A stretch of 64,000 bases of DNA, taken from contig NC_043003.1 in assembly GCF_006345805.1 (NCBI RefSeq), positions 30,690,001-30,754,000 of the forward strand. Reading direction: 5' to 3'. This DNA comes from Octopus sinensis. Taxonomy: Eukaryota. Below the pieces are notes generated by a model that was given only the letters and a program-made list of their open reading frames with translations, was not told where the DNA came from and ran no database searches. Positions 61,209-64,000 of the stretch are shown piece after piece; position 1 is the first letter of the stretch, and every line of letters begins with the position of its first letter. A program made the translations under genes and the position numbers.

Positions 61209-62583
61209 ATTTTTGTATGTATGTATGTATGCAGATATGTATGAATGTATGTATGTAGTTAAGTGTGTGTGTAAGAGAGTGAATGAATGAATGAATGTGC
61301 ATGTTTGTTTATATTCTGCACTTCTCTGAACATTGCCCAGGTACAAGTGATGAAAGTATTCCATCTTCATTTACTCATGTCAACAAAATGTCAGCTGGCT
61401 TTTTGTCTTCAAAGACGTGTGAAATAAGAGATCCTTTACTTGAAAAACAGATAAGGATTAGTGATAGGAAGGGCATCCAGTTGTAAAACAATGACCCAAT
61501 CATATACTAACTCATGTTAGACAAGTATATGGTTAAATGGAGGTAAAAACAAATGGACATATACAATAGGCTTAATACAGTTTCTATCTTCTAAAGTCGT
61601 TCCCAATGCTGTGTTCTGTTCAGGAACTGCAAAGTGGGGCTAAACCTGAAACCACTTGGTTCCAAAATGAAAGTTTTAACTACAACAGAGAGAAAAATAG
61701 TGATACTTAATTATGAATACCAACAATAAGACTGAGGAAAAAGCCCCCAGAGAGTTCTAAAGAGACTGGTAGAATAAGTGCTAGGCTTAAAAAGAATAAG
61801 TCCTGGGGTCGATTTGTTCGACTAAGGGCGGTGCTCCAGCATGGCCGCAGTCAAATGACTGAAACAAGTAAAAGAATGAGTGTGATACAGTGAGTTGAAA
61901 AATTAAGTTTAATTAAAACTATCCTTGCAATTTGATGTTTAAAAAAACCTCAATGGTAGTTCACAATCTAGAAGAAAGCAAGAACTGTAATTCTAATAAT
62001 AGTAGCTAATTCAAGTTGTATACAGTGGTCGGCAAATTTTTGTACGAATTCATCTTTTACAAATGGGGGGGAAAAAAATCTTTTTTTCTCCAGCAAGCGA
62101 AGTGATGCAAAGGCCAACAGAGTAACGTACCTTGTACTGAGCTCTAAGAACAGTAATTTTTGTTTTATTTATGAAGCCAGACACAACAGAATATTTATGA
62201 AGAGTTCACTCCCTTATTTATAGAACACAAATACTTAGCATAAAAAAGTGGTGTGTGTGTACCACGTTTTAACGTCTAATTTTCCAAGCTGGCATGGGTC
62301 GGACGGAATATTTTCTACAGCTGGATGTCCCACTTGTCACCACCCCTCATTTGTTTCCAAGTCATATTTCCCCATGATCAGACCTGGTTTTATGAAATAC
62401 TGGAAATGAAGAACACCACTTGCATCACAGTGACACTCGTTTACAACTACCACAACACAGAGACAATAACACACATACATATATATATATATTCTATTAT
62501 TCAATTACTTGTTTGCCATTTAACTGTGGCTATGCTGGAGCACCAGCTTGTAGAGTTTTAGTCGAACAAATTGATCCTAGGGC

Positions 62584-62868
62584 ATATTTTTTTAAAAGCC
62601 TAATACTTAATCAATCAGTCCCTTTTGCCAAACCACTAGGTTACGAGGATGTAAACACACCATCACCAGTTGTTAAGCAGTGATGGGGGAGGGACAGAGA
62701 CAAAGACACACACACATAGATATATACAGAAATATATACGATGGGCTTCTTTCAGTTTCCATCTACCAAATCCACTCACAATGTCTTAGGTGGCTCCAGG
62801 CTATAATAGAAAACACTTGTCCAAGATGTCATGCAGTTGGGAAGCAGACTTCTTACCACAAAGCCAGG

Positions 62869-62926
<58 letters not shown>

Positions 62927-63062
62927 TATATTCTTTCAGTTTCTCTCTACCAAATCTACTCACAAAGCTTTGGTTGACTTGAGGCTTTAGAAGTAGATAC
63001 TTGCCCAAGGTGTCATGCAGTAGGACCAACACAACTATGCAGTTTAGTGGTTGGGAGCAAAC

Positions 63063-63104
<42 letters not shown>

Positions 63105-63240
63105 GTTTGCTCCCAACCACTAAACTGCATAGTTGTGTTGGTCCTACTGCATGACACCTTGGGCAAGTATCTACTTCTAAAGCCTCAAGTCAACCAAAGC
63201 TTTGTGAGTAGATTTGGTAGAGAGAAACTGAAAGAATATA

Positions 63241-63290
<50 letters not shown>

Positions 63291-63582
63291 CCTGGCTTTG
63301 TGGTAAGAAGTCTGCTTCCCAACTGCATGACATCTTGGACAAGTGTTTTCTATTATAGCCTGGAGCCACCTAAGACATTGTGAGTGGATTTGGTAGATGG
63401 AAACTGAAAGAAGCCCATCGTATATATTTCTGTATATATCTATGTGTGTGTGTCTTTGTCTCTGTCCCTCCCCCATCACTGCTTAACAACTGGTGATGGT
63501 GTGTTTACATCCTCGTAACCTAGTGGTTTGGCAAAAGGGACTGATTGATTAAGTACTAGGCTTTTAAAAAAAAAAAAAATAT
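62584..63582. repeat. Near-perfect ~1-kb inverted duplication (two ~480-bp arms)
   Basis: 62584-63067 is the reverse complement of 63100-63582 except for one substitution (TAATACT versus TAGTACT) and microsatellite/poly-A length. The spacer is mostly (TA)n. Confidence 0.95.
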
Positions 63583-63889
63583 ATATATATATATATGGAA
63601 ATATAGCTATTAATCCACATGGAATTGTTGTTATTGCTGGTTGTTTAACCACAAGTCAACCTCCATCAAGCAAACTTATCATCAAAGCACTCAAGTTGTA
63701 ATCATCTCAGTCTTTTGGTGGTATTTAGGACATATCATCAATGTGTCCTTCATAAGCTTTGGTTGGCCTGCATCTATAGAAGACACTTGCTCAAGGTGCA
63801 GTGGACTGAACCAGATCCATGTGTTTGTTGGGAAGCAAATTTCTTAATGCCTGCACTTATGTAGTAGTAGTAGTAGTAGTGATAGTAGT

Positions 63890-64000
63890 AAGTCTTTCTA
63901 CTATAGGCACAAGGCCTGAAATTTTGGGGTATTTATTTTACTGACCCTTAAATGATGAAAGGTAAAGTCAACCTTACCAGAGTTTAAACTCAGAACACGA
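63890..64000 (-). mobile_element. Family-A SINE, partial at the window edge
   Basis: TCTTTCTACTATAGGCACAAGGCCTGAAATT...GATGAAAGGTAAAGTCAACC...AACTCAGAAC. Confidence 0.75.

Noticed and set aside
61579-61626. Minus-strand 48-nt exon candidate (xPEQNTALGTTLEDRN)
   Set aside because: Weak donor, and splicing to the 59931 exon creates TAG.
62131-62143. 13-nt micro-exon candidate (TTCTTAG|AGCTCAGTACAAG|GTACGT) on minus
   Set aside because: Phase-compatible in one reading but too short to distinguish from chance without RNA data.

Overview
AT-rich, microsatellite-dense animal genomic DNA. The SINE/LINE repertoire looks cephalopod (octopus-like); this is an inference from recall, not a database result. 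One confidently recognisable host gene is present: spartin (SPART/SPG20), with six coding exons at 14395-30287 on +, 536 aa, canonical GT-AG introns, and MIT, PPxY and senescence domains. The window opens inside an apparently intact RTE-clade LINE. Its reverse transcriptase carries an embedded C4HC3 PHD-type finger, and its ~2.4-kb 3' UTR is a modular array of hairpin repeats. The rest is mostly transposon debris: two Helitrons with intact termini, two DD37D (maT) transposase relics, piggyBac-, pogo- and mariner-type MITEs, and several tRNA-derived SINE families, including a ~6-kb head-to-tail SINE train. There are also tail-to-tail RTE palindromes and a near-perfect 1-kb fold-back duplication at the right end. 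Two phase-compatible minus-strand exons (59875-59931 and 55961-56001) may be the 3' end of a second, unidentified gene. No CRISPR array, rRNA or true tRNA gene is supported.
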